Below, piece by piece: positions 53,101 to 64,000 of a DNA stretch of 64,000 bases. Within the stretch, counting starts at the first letter, position 1. Every line of letters starts with the position of its first letter. The stretch lies in the NCBI GenBank assembly GCA_965248265.1, contig CBDFJF010000002.1, positions 736,001-800,000 on the forward strand, written 5' to 3'. The notes beneath the pieces were generated by a model. It did not search any database, was not told the DNA's origin, and saw only the letters and a list, made by a program, of their open reading frames with translations. This DNA comes from Candidatus Latescibacterota bacterium. Lineage in GTDB: Bacteria > Latescibacterota > UBA2968 > UBA8231. Made by a program: the position numbers and the translations under genes.

Positions 53101-54453
53101 TCAGCTGAGGCATCGTTTCACCTCGTCCTTTGCCAGGTCGAACAAGGCGGAATCTCTTGCACAGAAGATGCGGAATATTTTTGCCTGATCCTCGAAGTTG
53201 TCCAACAGGGATTCTCGAAGGCGCGACACCTCAGGGTCATCGAAACTGAGCGGTTGAGGCTTGTCGCTGGGCACGTAGCCTTCGTAAAACACCTTCAGAT
53301 CGACCTCCGGGCTCTTGTCGAATCGCGGTATGTCGATGAGGATCTCGTCGCCGGTGACCTCCTGGCCAAGGCGTTCGCCAAAACCGCGGCTCAACTCAAT
53401 CTCCTTCACGCGCCGCTTGTCGGGATGTTGATATAGATCATACAAATAATGCATCAACCCCTGCTTGCGCTCGCCGGGATAGATGAAGGTCGCCAGCTTG
53501 TGTAGCTTGCGGTCGACGACGCCGTCCAGCAGCCGGGTGGAGCCCTCGAGGCCGAGCCGCTCCTGCTCGCTGCGCAGCAGCTCTATGAGTTCTCCCTCGG
53601 TTATGCCGCAAAAGTCATCGATCCCCAGATTGCAGTCGGGGTGTACGAGAGCATCCTGCACCGAGCGCTTGAACATGGCCGTGGCCGCTCGAACCGTGTG
53701 GTGCCAGTAGACGTTGCGGTACATGAGATAGTTCGTGAACACCAGGGACTCGACCGCGGAAACCCCCTTGCTGGTTATGGCCAGACGTTGCCTTTGCGGA
53801 TCGTACTTGATGGAGGAAATCAGACGGTCGCGGTTGACGCTCTCACCGAAGGGGACTCCGCAGAACAGGGAATCACGCAGCAGGTAGTCGATCTTGTCCG
53901 GATCCAGGGTGCCGCTGAGGATGTTGGCAAGCAGGAGATCACCCTGAGGCACCTGGCGGTCCATGGCCTGGTAGTCGATGACATTTGCGACGCGGACCGG
54001 ATCGACGTCGAGTACCTGGCGCAGAATTCGGTTGATATCGCCAGCCGGGTCCTCGATGACGGCACGAGCCCGTTCCTCGTGATTGACGAAAAACGTCGTC
54101 AACTCCTCCAATGTGTGCGAGAACGGGTAGTGGCCGATGTCATGCAGCAGCGTCGCGGCCAGAAAAACCCGGATGTCTTCATCCTCCAGGACCAACGGCG
54201 GATCTGACTTGAGCAGGCGGACGAGGAACTGTTTTGCGAGGTGATAGACCCCCAGTGAGTGCTCGAAGCGGGAGTGCCTGGCCCCAGGGTAGACCAGATG
54301 AACGAACCCCAGTTGGCTGATGTTGCGAAGACGCTGAAACTCGGCGGTGTCTATGAGTGCGAGCAGGGGGTGGGGCAGGTAGATATAGCCCCAGACTGGA
54401 TCCCGGATCGCTTTGCCTTCTTCCTCCAGCAGGGGGTGGTTCATGGCGGCCAA
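53101..54453 (-). CDS. HD-superfamily phosphohydrolase (SAMHD1/dNTPase-like)
   Basis: FQRLRNISQLG, HSRFEHSLG, LHDIGHYPFSH, DPDKIDYLLRD, VYWHH. Confidence 0.9.
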   Translation of the reverse strand: MAAMNHPLLEEEGKAIRDPVWGYIYLPHPLLALIDTAEFQRLRNISQLGFVHLVYPGARHSRFEHSLGVYHLAKQFLVRLLKSDPPLVLEDEDIRVFLAATLLHDIGHYPFSHTLEELTTFFVNHEERARAVIEDPAGDINRILRQVLDVDPVRVANVIDYQAMDRQVPQGDLLLANILSGTLDPDKIDYLLRDSLFCGVPFGESVNRDRLISSIKYDPQRQRLAITSKGVSAVESLVFTNYLMYRNVYWHHTVRAATAMFKRSVQDALVHPDCNLGIDDFCGITEGELIELLRSEQERLGLEGSTRLLDGVVDRKLHKLATFIYPGERKQGLMHYLYDLYQHPDKRRVKEIELSRGFGERLGQEVTGDEILIDIPRFDKSPEVDLKVFYEGYVPSDKPQPLSFDDPEVSRLRESLLDNFEDQAKIFRIFCARDSALFDLAKDEVKRCLS

Positions 54454-54496
54454 ACTATCCCCGCCATGTTACCCTGTCAAGCGCTTTTGGAGGTGA

Positions 54497-54525
54497 TTGA
54501 CAGTACCCCTAAAACCGACTATTTT
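54497..54525 (+). promoter_or_regulatory. putative sigma70 promoter upstream of ndk
   Basis: TTGACA-17 bp-TATTTT. Confidence 0.5.
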
Positions 54526-54643
54526 AACGCACTTACCGCAAGCCGGGATCGATCTAACACACAGCAAAATCGACGTCCATCCCAAGCAACGCGACACCTG
54601 GAAACTAGGGCCCGTAGGCTTGCGCCCCGGGAGACGAGAGTTC

Positions 54644-55045
54644 GTGCAACAAACGCTGTTGATTATCAAACCTGATGCTGTGGCCAAACAGGCGATAGGT
54701 GAGATCCTCCGCCGTCTCGAAGAAGAGGGTTTCGTCATTCGCCATCTGCAGATGGTGAGGTTGACGAAGGAGCGCGCCGAAGCCTTCTACGCGGTACACA
54801 AGGAACGGCCCTTTTACGGCGAACTGGTCGAATTCATGACTTCCGGGCCGGCCGTACCGGTGGCGCTGGAACGAAACGACGCGGTGACCCATTTGCGCGC
54901 CTTCATCGGTGAAACCGACAGCACCAAGGCGGCCCCTGGAACCATCCGTCGTGATTTTGGCACGGATATCCAATGCAACGCCGTACACGGATCCGATTCG
55001 CCGGAAAACGCGGCCACCGAGATCGCCTTCTTTTTTGGAGATTGA
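54644..55045 (+). CDS. ndk: nucleoside diphosphate kinase
   Basis: TLLIIKPDAV, HKERPFY, FMTSGP, PGTIR, NAVHGSDS; GTG start at 54644. Confidence 0.96.
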   Translation: MQQTLLIIKPDAVAKQAIGEILRRLEEEGFVIRHLQMVRLTKERAEAFYAVHKERPFYGELVEFMTSGPAVPVALERNDAVTHLRAFIGETDSTKAAPGTIRRDFGTDIQCNAVHGSDSPENAATEIAFFFGD

Positions 55046-55630
55046 GTGCAGGCCGTGCCTTTTTCACTACACGAAACGCCGGGTACCATGTCGTACGACG
55101 GTACGACCCTGCTCGAGCTTGACGATTTCGCCCAGGGGACGACGCAGTGGAGCTTTGCCATCGATGCCGCCGACCTGGCGTGGGATGATCAATATCTCGG
55201 AATTCCCAAACCACTGCAGGTTTCGCTGAGCGTCATCCGCAGCATCCAGAGCTTTTCGGTGAACGGCACCATCGCCTTTGAGGTAGCCGGTGAGTGCTGT
55301 CGATGCCTTGCTGCCGCAACTGAGCCGGTTGAGGCAACCGTCAAGGTGTTGATCCAGCGCAAGGAAGCCAGTGAAGAAGAGCTTGAAGCACTTGAAAACC
55401 AAGACGAAGTAGAGATCGTCCATCCAGGCACTCGTTCCGTGGACCTGACACCCAGACTGCGTGACAGCGCCATGGTGGAGTTGCCGATGCGAATCCACTG
55501 CCGCCCCGGTTGTAAGGGGCTGTGCCCGCAATGCGGTCAGGACCTCAACGCCGGACAATGCGACTGTGCTGCGTCAACGACCGATCCACGATGGTCGGCC
55601 CTGGCCGAGTTAAAGAACAACCTAACGTGA
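55046..55630 (+). CDS. yceD: YceD/DUF177 family protein
   Basis: ECCRCL, CRPGCKGLCPQCG, DPRWSAL; upstream of rpmF; start may be ATG 55088. Confidence 0.88.
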   Translation: MQAVPFSLHETPGTMSYDGTTLLELDDFAQGTTQWSFAIDAADLAWDDQYLGIPKPLQVSLSVIRSIQSFSVNGTIAFEVAGECCRCLAAATEPVEATVKVLIQRKEASEEELEALENQDEVEIVHPGTRSVDLTPRLRDSAMVELPMRIHCRPGCKGLCPQCGQDLNAGQCDCAASTTDPRWSALAELKNNLT

Positions 55631-55642
55631 AGGAGTGACCCC

Positions 55643-55825
55643 TTGCCCGCTGTACCGAAACGACGAATATCCCGCACCCGCCGTGACAAACGGCGCACCC
55701 ACTGGAAACTCAGGGCGCCGACCATCTCCTCCTGTTCGCATTGCGGACAGCCGGTTCGACCCCACCGCGTCTGCCGCAGCTGCGGACAGTACCGCGGGAG
55801 GGAGTACATGGAAGGAGAGGCCTAG
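55643..55825 (+). CDS. rpmF: 50S ribosomal protein L32 (Zn-ribbon type)
   Basis: AVPKRRISRTRRDKRRTH, CSHCG..PHRVCRSCG.Y.GR. Confidence 0.95.
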   Translation: MPAVPKRRISRTRRDKRRTHWKLRAPTISSCSHCGQPVRPHRVCRSCGQYRGREYMEGEA

Positions 55826-55890
55826 GCACACCCATCCGTTCCACTGCCCGCCCATCAGGCACTCGGCGCAGGTTGTGGAGGTGCTGCTGA

Positions 55891-56904
55891 GTGACTGAGA
55901 GAAAACGCCCTTACAACGCCACCATAACCGCCACGGATCGGTGTCTGCCGAGTCGAGTAGTCAGCAACTTCGACCTCGAGAAGGTCATCGACACGTCTGA
56001 CTCCTGGATTCGCGACCGGACCGGTATATCCGAGCGCCGGTTTCTGGACGAGGAGCCCACGTCCTTCCTGGCGATCGAGGTCGCCAACAATCTACTGCGC
56101 AAGCGTCAGATGAACGCCGATGACGTCGATCTTATCATCGTCGCCACCATCACTCCCGACATGGTGTTTCCGTCAACGGCATGTCTGGTACAGAGCCATA
56201 TCGGCGCTAACAATGCCTGGGCCTACGATCTGTCCGCCGCCTGCAGCGGTTTTGTTTATGCCATCGCCGCGGGAGCCCAGTTCATCGAATCCGGTGCCCA
56301 CGAAAGGGTCATGGTCATCGGTGCGGACAAGATGAGTTCGATCCTCAACATCGAAGACCGTACCACCTACGTGCTTTTCGGTGATGGGGCGGGAGGCGTT
56401 TTGTTGGAGCGTTCGGACCGGGAAGAGGGGCTCATAGATTTCGAACTGCGCAGCGACGGTTCTGGCGGGGACAACCTCTGCCTGCCTGGCGGCGGCAGCA
56501 AGTTACCGGCCTCGCACGACAGCATCGACCAGCGCCTGCACTACGTGCGGCAGGAGGGGCGGGCCGTGTTCAAGGTTGCCGTCACAAAGATGGCGGAGGT
56601 CTCGCTGTCTCTTCTGCAATCGAACGGATTCGGTGTCGATGATATCGATCTGTTCGTACCGCATCAGGCCAACGGCCGCATCATCACGGCCACGGCGGAA
56701 CGCATGAACCTGCCGTTGGACAAGGCCTTCGTGAACGTCGATCGGTACGCCAACACGACCAACGCGACGATCCCGATCGCGCTTTCCGAAGCCAGCGACA
56801 CCGGCCGCTTGGCATCCGGGGATCTGGTGCAATTGACGGCTTTCGGCGGCGGCTATACCTGGGGAAGCGTGCTGCTCCGCTGGGGAACGGTTCACGACGG
56901 TTGA
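55891..56904 (+). CDS. fabH: 3-oxoacyl-ACP synthase III
   Basis: AACSGF, LFGDGAG, PHQAN, NT, FGGG. Confidence 0.95.
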   Translation: MTERKRPYNATITATDRCLPSRVVSNFDLEKVIDTSDSWIRDRTGISERRFLDEEPTSFLAIEVANNLLRKRQMNADDVDLIIVATITPDMVFPSTACLVQSHIGANNAWAYDLSAACSGFVYAIAAGAQFIESGAHERVMVIGADKMSSILNIEDRTTYVLFGDGAGGVLLERSDREEGLIDFELRSDGSGGDNLCLPGGGSKLPASHDSIDQRLHYVRQEGRAVFKVAVTKMAEVSLSLLQSNGFGVDDIDLFVPHQANGRIITATAERMNLPLDKAFVNVDRYANTTNATIPIALSEASDTGRLASGDLVQLTAFGGGYTWGSVLLRWGTVHDG

Positions 56905-56905
56905 T

Positions 56906-57850
56906 ATGACGGCGTTCCTATTTCCCGGCCAAGCCTCACAGTTCGTCGGCATGGGGGCCGATCTGTGCAGCCAGAACGACCTGGCCCGCCGCTTGTTCGA
57001 GGAGGCCGACGAGGTCATGGGCACGGCGCTGACGAAGATCTGTTTTGAGGGGCCGATGGAAGAGCTGACGCAAACGGCCATCACTCAACCGGCGGTTTTC
57101 GTCCACAGTTGTGCGGTGGCGCACGTGCTGCGGGATCAAGGCCTCGCTCCCAGTCATGTAGCCGGCCACAGTCTCGGGGAATACTCCGCACTCGTGGCTG
57201 CGAGTGCCATCGATTTTCGCCCCGCTCTCGAACTGGTTCGGGAGAGAGGGCGGTTGATGCAGCATGCTGGCGAGCTCGAAGCGGGTAAAATGGCCGCCAT
57301 CATCGGCATGGAAGACGACAGCGTAACGGCGTTGTGCGCGGAACTCAGCCCCAACGGTGATGTCGTGGCCGCCAATTTCAACGCGCCAGGTCAAGTCGTG
57401 GTGTCGGGCACGGCCGCCGCCGTCGAGGAGGTCGCCAGAGTGGCACCCGATCGCGGAGCGAAGCGGGCCATCGAGCTGACCGTCTCCGGGGCGTTTCACT
57501 CAAACTTGATGGCCCCGGCAGCACGGGAGATGCAGACACTCATCGCCGAGGCGGAGTTGAGGATGCCGCAAGTCCCCGTCATTACCAACGTCTCCGCGCA
57601 GCCCGTTGAGGATGTCAGCCAATTGCGCGAACATCTGATCGCCCAGATCACGAGTCCGGTGCGCTGGACAGAAACGATGGAATACCTGGCCGGAGCCGGT
57701 GTGCAACGCGCTCTGGAGGTGGGCCCAGGAGCCGTCCTCAAGGGCATGGCGCGCCGGACGAAACCGGCGCCGGAGGTCCAGACGGTCGGTAAAGACGAAG
57801 AAATCCCGGCGGCGGTGACATGGGCACAAACAGGAGAGACCGATGGGTAA
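56906..57850 (+). CDS. fabD: malonyl-CoA:ACP transacylase
   Basis: FPGQASQ, GHSLGEY, VSGAFHS, SPVRW. Confidence 0.96.
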   Translation: MTAFLFPGQASQFVGMGADLCSQNDLARRLFEEADEVMGTALTKICFEGPMEELTQTAITQPAVFVHSCAVAHVLRDQGLAPSHVAGHSLGEYSALVAASAIDFRPALELVRERGRLMQHAGELEAGKMAAIIGMEDDSVTALCAELSPNGDVVAANFNAPGQVVVSGTAAAVEEVARVAPDRGAKRAIELTVSGAFHSNLMAPAAREMQTLIAEAELRMPQVPVITNVSAQPVEDVSQLREHLIAQITSPVRWTETMEYLAGAGVQRALEVGPGAVLKGMARRTKPAPEVQTVGKDEEIPAAVTWAQTGETDG

Positions 57851-58592
57851 CGACTTTGCAGGTAAGGCGGCACTGATAACCGGGGGTTCGCGGGGCATCG
57901 GCAAGGCCATCGCCCTCGAGCTGGCTTCGGGAGGCGCTGATATCGCGCTGTGCGCCCGTACCGAGGGTGCCGCCGAGTCCGTGGCCGCCGAAATCGAGGC
58001 CCTGGGTGTCAGAGCCGTTGCCTATCAGGCAGATGTCGCGGATTCGGGCCAGGCGGATGCGGCGGTCAAGCAAACACTCGAGACCTTCGGCCGCATCGAC
58101 ATCCTCGTCAACAATGCCGGCATCACCCGGGACAATCTGCTGATGCGGATGAAAGAGGAAGACTGGGACGCCGTACTGGCGACCAATCTCAAGGGGGCTT
58201 TCAACTGTTGCAAAGCGGCCGTCAGGCCCATGATGAAAGCGCGCAGTGGCCGCATCATCAACGTTACCTCCGTCGTCGGCATCAGCGGTAACGCCGGGCA
58301 AGCCAACTACGCCGCCTCAAAGGCAGGGCTCGTCGGCCTGACAAAGAGTTTGGCCAAGGAGTTTGCCTCCCGTAATATCACCGTCAACGCCGTGGCTCCG
58401 GGACTGGTGCCAGAGACCGGGATGACGTCGGATCTGACTGACCAGGTCGTCGAACAGATGGAGGCCCAGATTCCGCTGGGGCGCACCGGCACGGTGGAGG
58501 AAATCGCCCATGCCGTCACGTTTCTCGCGTCCGAGAGAGCGGGCTATATAACTGGCCAGGTCGTAGTCGTCGACGGCGGCATGACCATGTAA
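57843..58592 (+). CDS. fabG: 3-oxoacyl-ACP reductase
   Basis: [27 protein letters not shown]. Confidence 0.96.
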   Translation: MGNDFAGKAALITGGSRGIGKAIALELASGGADIALCARTEGAAESVAAEIEALGVRAVAYQADVADSGQADAAVKQTLETFGRIDILVNNAGITRDNLLMRMKEEDWDAVLATNLKGAFNCCKAAVRPMMKARSGRIINVTSVVGISGNAGQANYAASKAGLVGLTKSLAKEFASRNITVNAVAPGLVPETGMTSDLTDQVVEQMEAQIPLGRTGTVEEIAHAVTFLASERAGYITGQVVVVDGGMTM

Positions 58593-58689
58593 GAGTACCG
58601 ATATATATTTGCGTCTATCAGACAAACTTCAAATCCCGAGACACAGTTCAGACTCAAGACAGAGTTCGAACCCAACGAGGAGTGCCAAG

Positions 58690-58929
58690 ATGTCAGAAAT
58701 CACAACCCGGGTCCGCGATCTCATCGTCGAACAGCTGGGGGTCAACGTCGACCAGGTGACCCCCGAGGCTTCCTTCATCGATGACCTCGGAGCCGATTCG
58801 CTCGACACCGTAGAGCTGGTGATGGCGTTCGAGGAGGAATTCGGGATCGACATCCCTGATGAAGACGCCGAGAAGATGGCCAGCGTCAACGATGCCATGA
58901 AGTACCTCGAGGAACACAGCAAGGCTTGA
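58690..58929 (+). CDS. acpP: acyl carrier protein
   Basis: [20 protein letters not shown]; SD GAGGAG before ATG 58690. Confidence 0.97.
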   Translation: MSEITTRVRDLIVEQLGVNVDQVTPEASFIDDLGADSLDTVELVMAFEEEFGIDIPDEDAEKMASVNDAMKYLEEHSKA

Positions 58930-60182
58930 GGCCGTTGTCGCGCCGTAGAGTCGTTGTCACCGGCCTGGGTGTACTGGCGCCCAACGGCAATACCGTCGAT
59001 GCCTTCTGGGAGGCGCTGACGTCAGGCCGTTCAGGCATCGGTCCCATCACCCGGTTCGACGCCTCCGATCAGAAGGTCAAGATCGCCGGCGAGCTCAAGG
59101 ATTTCGATCCTGAGGAGGTGATGGATCGCAAGGAGGTCCGTCGGCAGGATCGCTTCGTCCAGTACACCGTCTACGCCTCGACCAAGGCGTTCGAACATTC
59201 CGGTTTGGAGATCGGTCGTGAAAACCCGGAGCGAATCGGCGTCATTCTCGGCTCGGGCATCGGTGGCATCCAGACGCTCGAGGATCAGCACACCGTGTTG
59301 ATGGAGAAGGGACCGACGCGAATCAGCCCGTTCTTCGTGCCGATGATGATCAGCGACATGTCGGCCGGCTTCGTCTCCATCAAGCTGGGTGCCAAGGGTC
59401 CCAACTACACCACGGTATCGGCCTGCTCGTCAGCTGCCCACGCGATCGGCGAGGCGGCGCGGAAGATTCAGTACAATGAAGCGGATATCATGGTCACCGG
59501 CGGTACCGAATCGGCGATAACGCCGATCTCGATCGGCGGCTTCGCCTCTGCCCGGGCGCTGGCGACCGAAAACGACGACGATCCGACTACGGTCAGCCGG
59601 CCTTTCGATGCCGAGCGCCGGGGATTCGTCCTCGGTGAGGGCGCGGGCACCATGGTGCTCGAAGAGCTGGAACATGCCAAGCAGCGTGAAGCAACCATCT
59701 TCGGCGAATTCTCCGGCATGGGGTTCACCGGAGACGCCTACCACATCACCGACATGGCGCCCGGGGGTGAAGGCGGGGCGCGGGCGATGCGCATCGCCAT
59801 CGCCGACGCCGGCATCAATACCGATCAGATTGACTACGTCAACGCTCATGGCACCTCGACGCCGATCGGCGATATGCAGGAAACGGCAGCGATCAAGTCG
59901 GTGTTTGGTGAGCACGCCCGTTCGCTGGCGATCAGTTCAACCAAGTCGATGACGGGTCATTTGCTCGGTGCCGCCGGGGCCATCGAAAGCATCGCCTGTG
60001 TGCTGGCGCTGGCGAACGGCGTGGTCCCGCCAACCATCAACTACGAACACCCCGATCCTGAGTGCGACCTCGACTGTGTGCCCAATCAAGCCAGAGAGCT
60101 CTCCCCCCACCGAGTCGTCAACAACTCCTTCGGTTTCGGCGGCCACAACGTTGCGCTCGTGTTTAGTCGATTCGACGGATAA
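58926..60182 (+). CDS. fabF: 3-oxoacyl-ACP synthase II
   Basis: [38 protein letters not shown]. Confidence 0.97.
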   Translation: MRPLSRRRVVVTGLGVLAPNGNTVDAFWEALTSGRSGIGPITRFDASDQKVKIAGELKDFDPEEVMDRKEVRRQDRFVQYTVYASTKAFEHSGLEIGRENPERIGVILGSGIGGIQTLEDQHTVLMEKGPTRISPFFVPMMISDMSAGFVSIKLGAKGPNYTTVSACSSAAHAIGEAARKIQYNEADIMVTGGTESAITPISIGGFASARALATENDDDPTTVSRPFDAERRGFVLGEGAGTMVLEELEHAKQREATIFGEFSGMGFTGDAYHITDMAPGGEGGARAMRIAIADAGINTDQIDYVNAHGTSTPIGDMQETAAIKSVFGEHARSLAISSTKSMTGHLLGAAGAIESIACVLALANGVVPPTINYEHPDPECDLDCVPNQARELSPHRVVNNSFGFGGHNVALVFSRFDG

Positions 60183-60191
60183 GCAGTTGCA

Positions 60192-60935
60192 ATGGCACTG
60201 CGTTGGCTCGGCAGAATCCTCGGACGGCGATCCAGCACGCCTGCCCTCGACCTGCGTGCCCTGCAGGCCCACGTCGGTTACCGCTTTCGCGATCACAGGC
60301 TATTGGAGCAGGCCCTCAAGCATCGGTCGTACGTCTATGCGCGTCAGGGAACGGGCGTGGAGTCGAACGAGCGGCTGGAGTACCTCGGCGATGCCGTGCT
60401 GGATCTGCTCGTGGCAGAGTTTCTCTATCGCGAATACCAAAGTTTGCGAGAAGGTGATCTGACCCAGATGAAGTCGCTCGTCGTCAGTCGCACGATTCTG
60501 GCGGCAAAGGCCCGTAGCATCGATCTGGACCACTTCATTCTACTGAGCTCGGAAGAGCGCCGCGCCGGCGGTGCGGTACAACCTTCGATTCTGTCCGACG
60601 CGCTCGAGGCCGTGATCGGAGCGATTTACCTCGATGGCGGATTGGAGGCAGCCCGTCGCACGGTCCACGACGTGCTTCTGCAGGATTTCGAGGAGCTGCA
60701 TACGCGCGAAGATTTCGTCAATTTCAAGAGTCGTCTGCTCGAACACACGCAAAGCGAAGGGTCCGGCCACCCGAAGTACCATGTGCACAACGAGGATGGC
60801 CCTGACCACGACAAGCTTTTCAGCGTCAACGTCAGTGTAACCGGAGAAACACTGGGCAGCGGGCAAGGGCGCAGCAAGAAAGAGGCTCAACAGATGGCGG
60901 CGCGTGATGCGCTCAAACGCCTGGGCAAGCTGTGA
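60192..60935 (+). CDS. rnc: ribonuclease III
   Basis: NERLEYLGDAVL, DALEAVIGAIYLDGG, dsRBD GRSKKEAQQ. Confidence 0.96.
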   Translation: MALRWLGRILGRRSSTPALDLRALQAHVGYRFRDHRLLEQALKHRSYVYARQGTGVESNERLEYLGDAVLDLLVAEFLYREYQSLREGDLTQMKSLVVSRTILAAKARSIDLDHFILLSSEERRAGGAVQPSILSDALEAVIGAIYLDGGLEAARRTVHDVLLQDFEELHTREDFVNFKSRLLEHTQSEGSGHPKYHVHNEDGPDHDKLFSVNVSVTGETLGSGQGRSKKEAQQMAARDALKRLGKL

Positions 60936-61004
60936 TGATGCGTTTGTACCGCCTCCGGTAAGCACGCGAGAGCCCACATTCCGTTTTTCCCACATCCCGA
61001 AAGG

Positions 61005-61871
61005 GTGCACGCAGGAGAATCTCCAGTGTCTGGTCCATGGCGCTTGATTCAATCCGGGATCTCGACGGGGTCCGACAACATGGCCGTCGACGGTGTGCTG
61101 TTGGATCGGGTCGCAGAGTCCGGTAACCCGCCGGTACTCAGGTTCTACGGGTGGCATCCGCCCGCCGTGTCGATCGGGTACAATCAATCCGCGCCGACGG
61201 AGCTGGATCTGGCCAGGTGTCGGCAAGAACGGATCGACGTGGTCACTCGTCCGTCCGGTGGCCGCGCCGTCCTTCACTGGAACGAGTTGACCTATTCGCT
61301 GTCGTGGTCTGACGATGAATCCGCGTTGGCAGGCGGGGTTTGCGCATCCAGTCGCAGGATCGGACAGAGCCTGGTCGATGGGCTGAGGTCGTTCGGGGTG
61401 GCTGCGGAACTGGAGCGGGGTGAACCCACGCGGGGTGGCTCGTCCGACGCGTCGTCCTCGAAAGGCCCTTGCTTCGCCAGCACCTCGAGATGGGAAGTGA
61501 AGTGCGGCGGCAAGAAGCTGGTCGGCAGCGCCCAGCGCCGAATTCGGGGGGGTGTGCTGCAACATGGCTCTGTGCTGTTGGGCCCGGAGCACGAGCGCCT
61601 CTGCGAACTCATGCACACGGGCCACACCCTGCCTCGGACCAGCACCCACCTGAGTCGTTGGGTCGATGACATCGACATCGCCCGCTTGAGGGCGTGCCTG
61701 GTCGAAGGCTTCGAGCGCACTCTGGGGGTGCGACTGGAACCTGCCGACCTGAGTTGTGAGGAGACGGCCATTGCGGCCGAACGGGCGCATCGGTTCTCGG
61801 TCGTGCCGTCATTCGAGCCGGCGGCGGCCGGCGCGGTCACGGAAACCGCCGCGATGGTGAGGAGGGCGTGA
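61005..61871 (+). CDS. lipoate-protein ligase / LipM-like octanoyltransferase
   Basis: [33 protein letters not shown]. Confidence 0.88.
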   Translation: MHAGESPVSGPWRLIQSGISTGSDNMAVDGVLLDRVAESGNPPVLRFYGWHPPAVSIGYNQSAPTELDLARCRQERIDVVTRPSGGRAVLHWNELTYSLSWSDDESALAGGVCASSRRIGQSLVDGLRSFGVAAELERGEPTRGGSSDASSSKGPCFASTSRWEVKCGGKKLVGSAQRRIRGGVLQHGSVLLGPEHERLCELMHTGHTLPRTSTHLSRWVDDIDIARLRACLVEGFERTLGVRLEPADLSCEETAIAAERAHRFSVVPSFEPAAAGAVTETAAMVRRA

Positions 61872-62866
61872 TCGATTCCGACCAGAACGCGCCGTTGCGG
61901 GTGATGAATCTGTGCACCTCTTTCCACACGCGGGACGGGGTGGCAAGGGCAGTGGACGGCGTGTCATTCCACGTCCGCCGTGGGGAGACCCTGGCCCTGG
62001 TTGGTGAAAGTGGTTGCGGTAAAACCGTCACCGCGCTTTCCCTGATGCGATTGGTTAGTGAGCCTGGTCGTATAGAGAAAGGGCAGGTGATGCTCAATGG
62101 TCGAGATCTGACCGGACTTGCAGAACCGGAGATGTGCGCCGTCCGCGGGGCCGAATTGGCCATGGTATTTCAGGAGCCGATGACGAGTCTGAATCCGGTT
62201 CTCACCTGCGGATATCAGATTGCCGAGGCCGTCAGCCTGCACCACGACGTCTCACGGATGGAAGCTCGCGATCGTGCCATCGATATGCTGCGCCTGGTTC
62301 ACATTTCGGCGCCGGAACAACGGATGAGGGAGTATCCACATCAACTGAGCGGAGGTATGCGGCAACGCGTCATGATCGCGATGGCCCTGTCATGCCGACC
62401 TGATGTGCTGATAGCTGACGAGCCTACTACAGCACTGGACGTGACCATTCAGGCCCAAATACTGGATTTGCTACGGGAGCTGCAGGCTGAAATGGACATG
62501 GCAGTCCTCCTCATCACGCACGATCTCGGCGTGGTTGCGGAAACGGCCGATCGGGTCGCGGTCATGTACGCGGGGCGCATCGTCGAGTCCGCGACAACGG
62601 AGAGGCTCTTCGCCAATCCGCAGCATCCGTACACGCACGGTCTGTTGCGTTCCGTACCGCCCATGGACGGCAGCCGAGACCGGCTAGAAACCATCCCCGG
62701 ATCGGTTCCGGATATGCGGTCTTTAGCCGTTGGATGCCGGTTTGCTCCTCGCTGTGGGTCAGCCGACGCTGAATGCACGAGTGTGCAACCCGAGCTGGAA
62801 CGTGCGCCGGGAGCAGGGGGAGACCACACGGTGAGTTGCTGGAAGGCGGGAATGGAGGGCGCATGA
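61868..62866 (+). CDS. oppD: oligopeptide/dipeptide ABC transporter ATP-binding protein
   Basis: [40 protein letters not shown]. Confidence 0.9.
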   Translation: MIDSDQNAPLRVMNLCTSFHTRDGVARAVDGVSFHVRRGETLALVGESGCGKTVTALSLMRLVSEPGRIEKGQVMLNGRDLTGLAEPEMCAVRGAELAMVFQEPMTSLNPVLTCGYQIAEAVSLHHDVSRMEARDRAIDMLRLVHISAPEQRMREYPHQLSGGMRQRVMIAMALSCRPDVLIADEPTTALDVTIQAQILDLLRELQAEMDMAVLLITHDLGVVAETADRVAVMYAGRIVESATTERLFANPQHPYTHGLLRSVPPMDGSRDRLETIPGSVPDMRSLAVGCRFAPRCGSADAECTSVQPELERAPGAGGDHTVSCWKAGMEGA

Positions 62867-63891
62867 GCGGGAAGGCTGAGCCGCTGGTTCGCGTTGTCGA
62901 TCTGAAGAAACAGTTCGCCGTTCGACGCGGTGTGTGGGGGAAAGTGACCGGCGCGGTGCGCGCGGTTGACGGTGTCAGTCTGGAAATCCAGGAAGCGGAG
63001 ACCCTCGGGGTCGTCGGAGAGAGTGGCTGTGGCAAGACCACCCTCGGCCGCTTGATCCTGAATCTTCTCGACGCGACCTCAGGGGAGGTGTATTTTAGGA
63101 ATCGCGATTTAAGGCGATTGGGACGGGCACAAATGCGACTCCTGCGCCGGCAAATGCAGATTGTCTTTCAGGATCCCTACAGCTCGCTGAACCCGAGAAT
63201 GAAAACCGGGCGAATCATCAGTGAGGGGTTGAGGATTCACGGACTCGCAACCGGTTCAGACCTGGATCGACGCGTGATCCGTCTGCTGGACGTGGTGGGC
63301 CTGCCATCCGACGCGGTTGATCGCTATCCCCACGAGTTCAGCGGCGGTCAAAAACAACGGATCTGCATTGCGCGTGCGCTGTCCGTTGAGCCGGAGTTCA
63401 TCGTCGCGGATGAGCCTGTTTCGGCCCTGGACGTTTCCGTCCAGGCTCAGATCGTGAATCTGCTACAGGACATTCAGGCAGAGCTGGGGTTGACGTATTT
63501 GTTCATCGCCCATGACCTCAGCGTGGTCCGGCAGATCTCCGACAGGGTCGCTGTGATGTACCTGGGGAAGATAGTCGAGGTCGGCACCAGCGAGTTGATC
63601 TACAGGGATCCCTCTCATCCGTACACGAGGGCGTTGCTGGCTGCGGTGCCCGTACCTGATCCGGGAAAGCGAGGGCAGCGGGCGAGACACCATCTGTTGC
63701 AGGGTGATGTCCCCAATCCGGCGGCGATTCCCTCAGGATGTCCGTTCCATCCGCGCTGTCCAGAACGGGTGGATGTGTGTCGACAAGCTGTGCCTCCACT
63801 GGCGACGATCGTGGACGGTCGCCAGGTGGCTTGCCATTTGAGACACACCGAGTTGATTGGTAGGACGCCGGGAGAAGAGCAAACCGAATGA
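62863..63891 (+). CDS. oppF: oligopeptide/dipeptide ABC transporter ATP-binding protein
   Basis: [42 protein letters not shown]; ATGA-coupled start 62863. Confidence 0.9.
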   Translation: MSGKAEPLVRVVDLKKQFAVRRGVWGKVTGAVRAVDGVSLEIQEAETLGVVGESGCGKTTLGRLILNLLDATSGEVYFRNRDLRRLGRAQMRLLRRQMQIVFQDPYSSLNPRMKTGRIISEGLRIHGLATGSDLDRRVIRLLDVVGLPSDAVDRYPHEFSGGQKQRICIARALSVEPEFIVADEPVSALDVSVQAQIVNLLQDIQAELGLTYLFIAHDLSVVRQISDRVAVMYLGKIVEVGTSELIYRDPSHPYTRALLAAVPVPDPGKRGQRARHHLLQGDVPNPAAIPSGCPFHPRCPERVDVCRQAVPPLATIVDGRQVACHLRHTELIGRTPGEEQTE

Positions 63892-63910
63892 ACAGGAGAC
63901 GTGACAGGTT

Positions 63911-64000
63911 ATGATGACCAAACTGCGCGAGAAAACGGCCATTGTCATGTGGTTCGTCATCCTCGCCTTCGTTGGTTTGATCGTTTTCGAATGGGGTGCC
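63911..64000 (+). CDS. PpiD/SurA N-terminal domain protein, 5' fragment
   Basis: MMTKLREKTAIVMWFVILAFVGLIVFEWGA, runs off window end. Confidence 0.65.
   Translation, partial: MMTKLREKTAIVMWFVILAFVGLIVFEWGA

Overview
A 64-kb, GC-rich bacterial chromosomal window. The gene repertoire (PorV-family protein, large secreted proteins ending in an NYPNPFNP/FlgD-like domain, cohesin- and dockerin-like modules) suggests an FCB-group organism such as Latescibacterota; this is inference. Most of it is housekeeping: tatAC, lnt, gatA, psd/pssA, truA, uvrC, rlmI, ndk, the rpmF-fabHDG-acpP-fabF-rnc cluster, oppDF and a MacAB-like exporter. No rRNA, tRNA or CRISPR array was recognised. Main points of interest: (1) an ECF sigma / membrane anti-sigma / exported caspase-beta-barrel operon (8.8-11.9 kb) in which the anti-sigma and the caspase share an R-x-K-G motif; (2) a surface-protein locus (37.4-50.6 kb) in which one 1524-codon gene carries an apparently exact 903-bp G/T-skewed internal duplication, an IS3 element with a 4-bp target duplication, and a sense-strand group II intron with a non-canonical 5' end, and removing both insertions restores a single open frame; (3) an orphan monocistronic fliG near two FlgT_C-like envelope proteins; (4) a XerD-like protein lacking two catalytic residues; (5) a signal-peptide NiSOD with no adjacent sodX.
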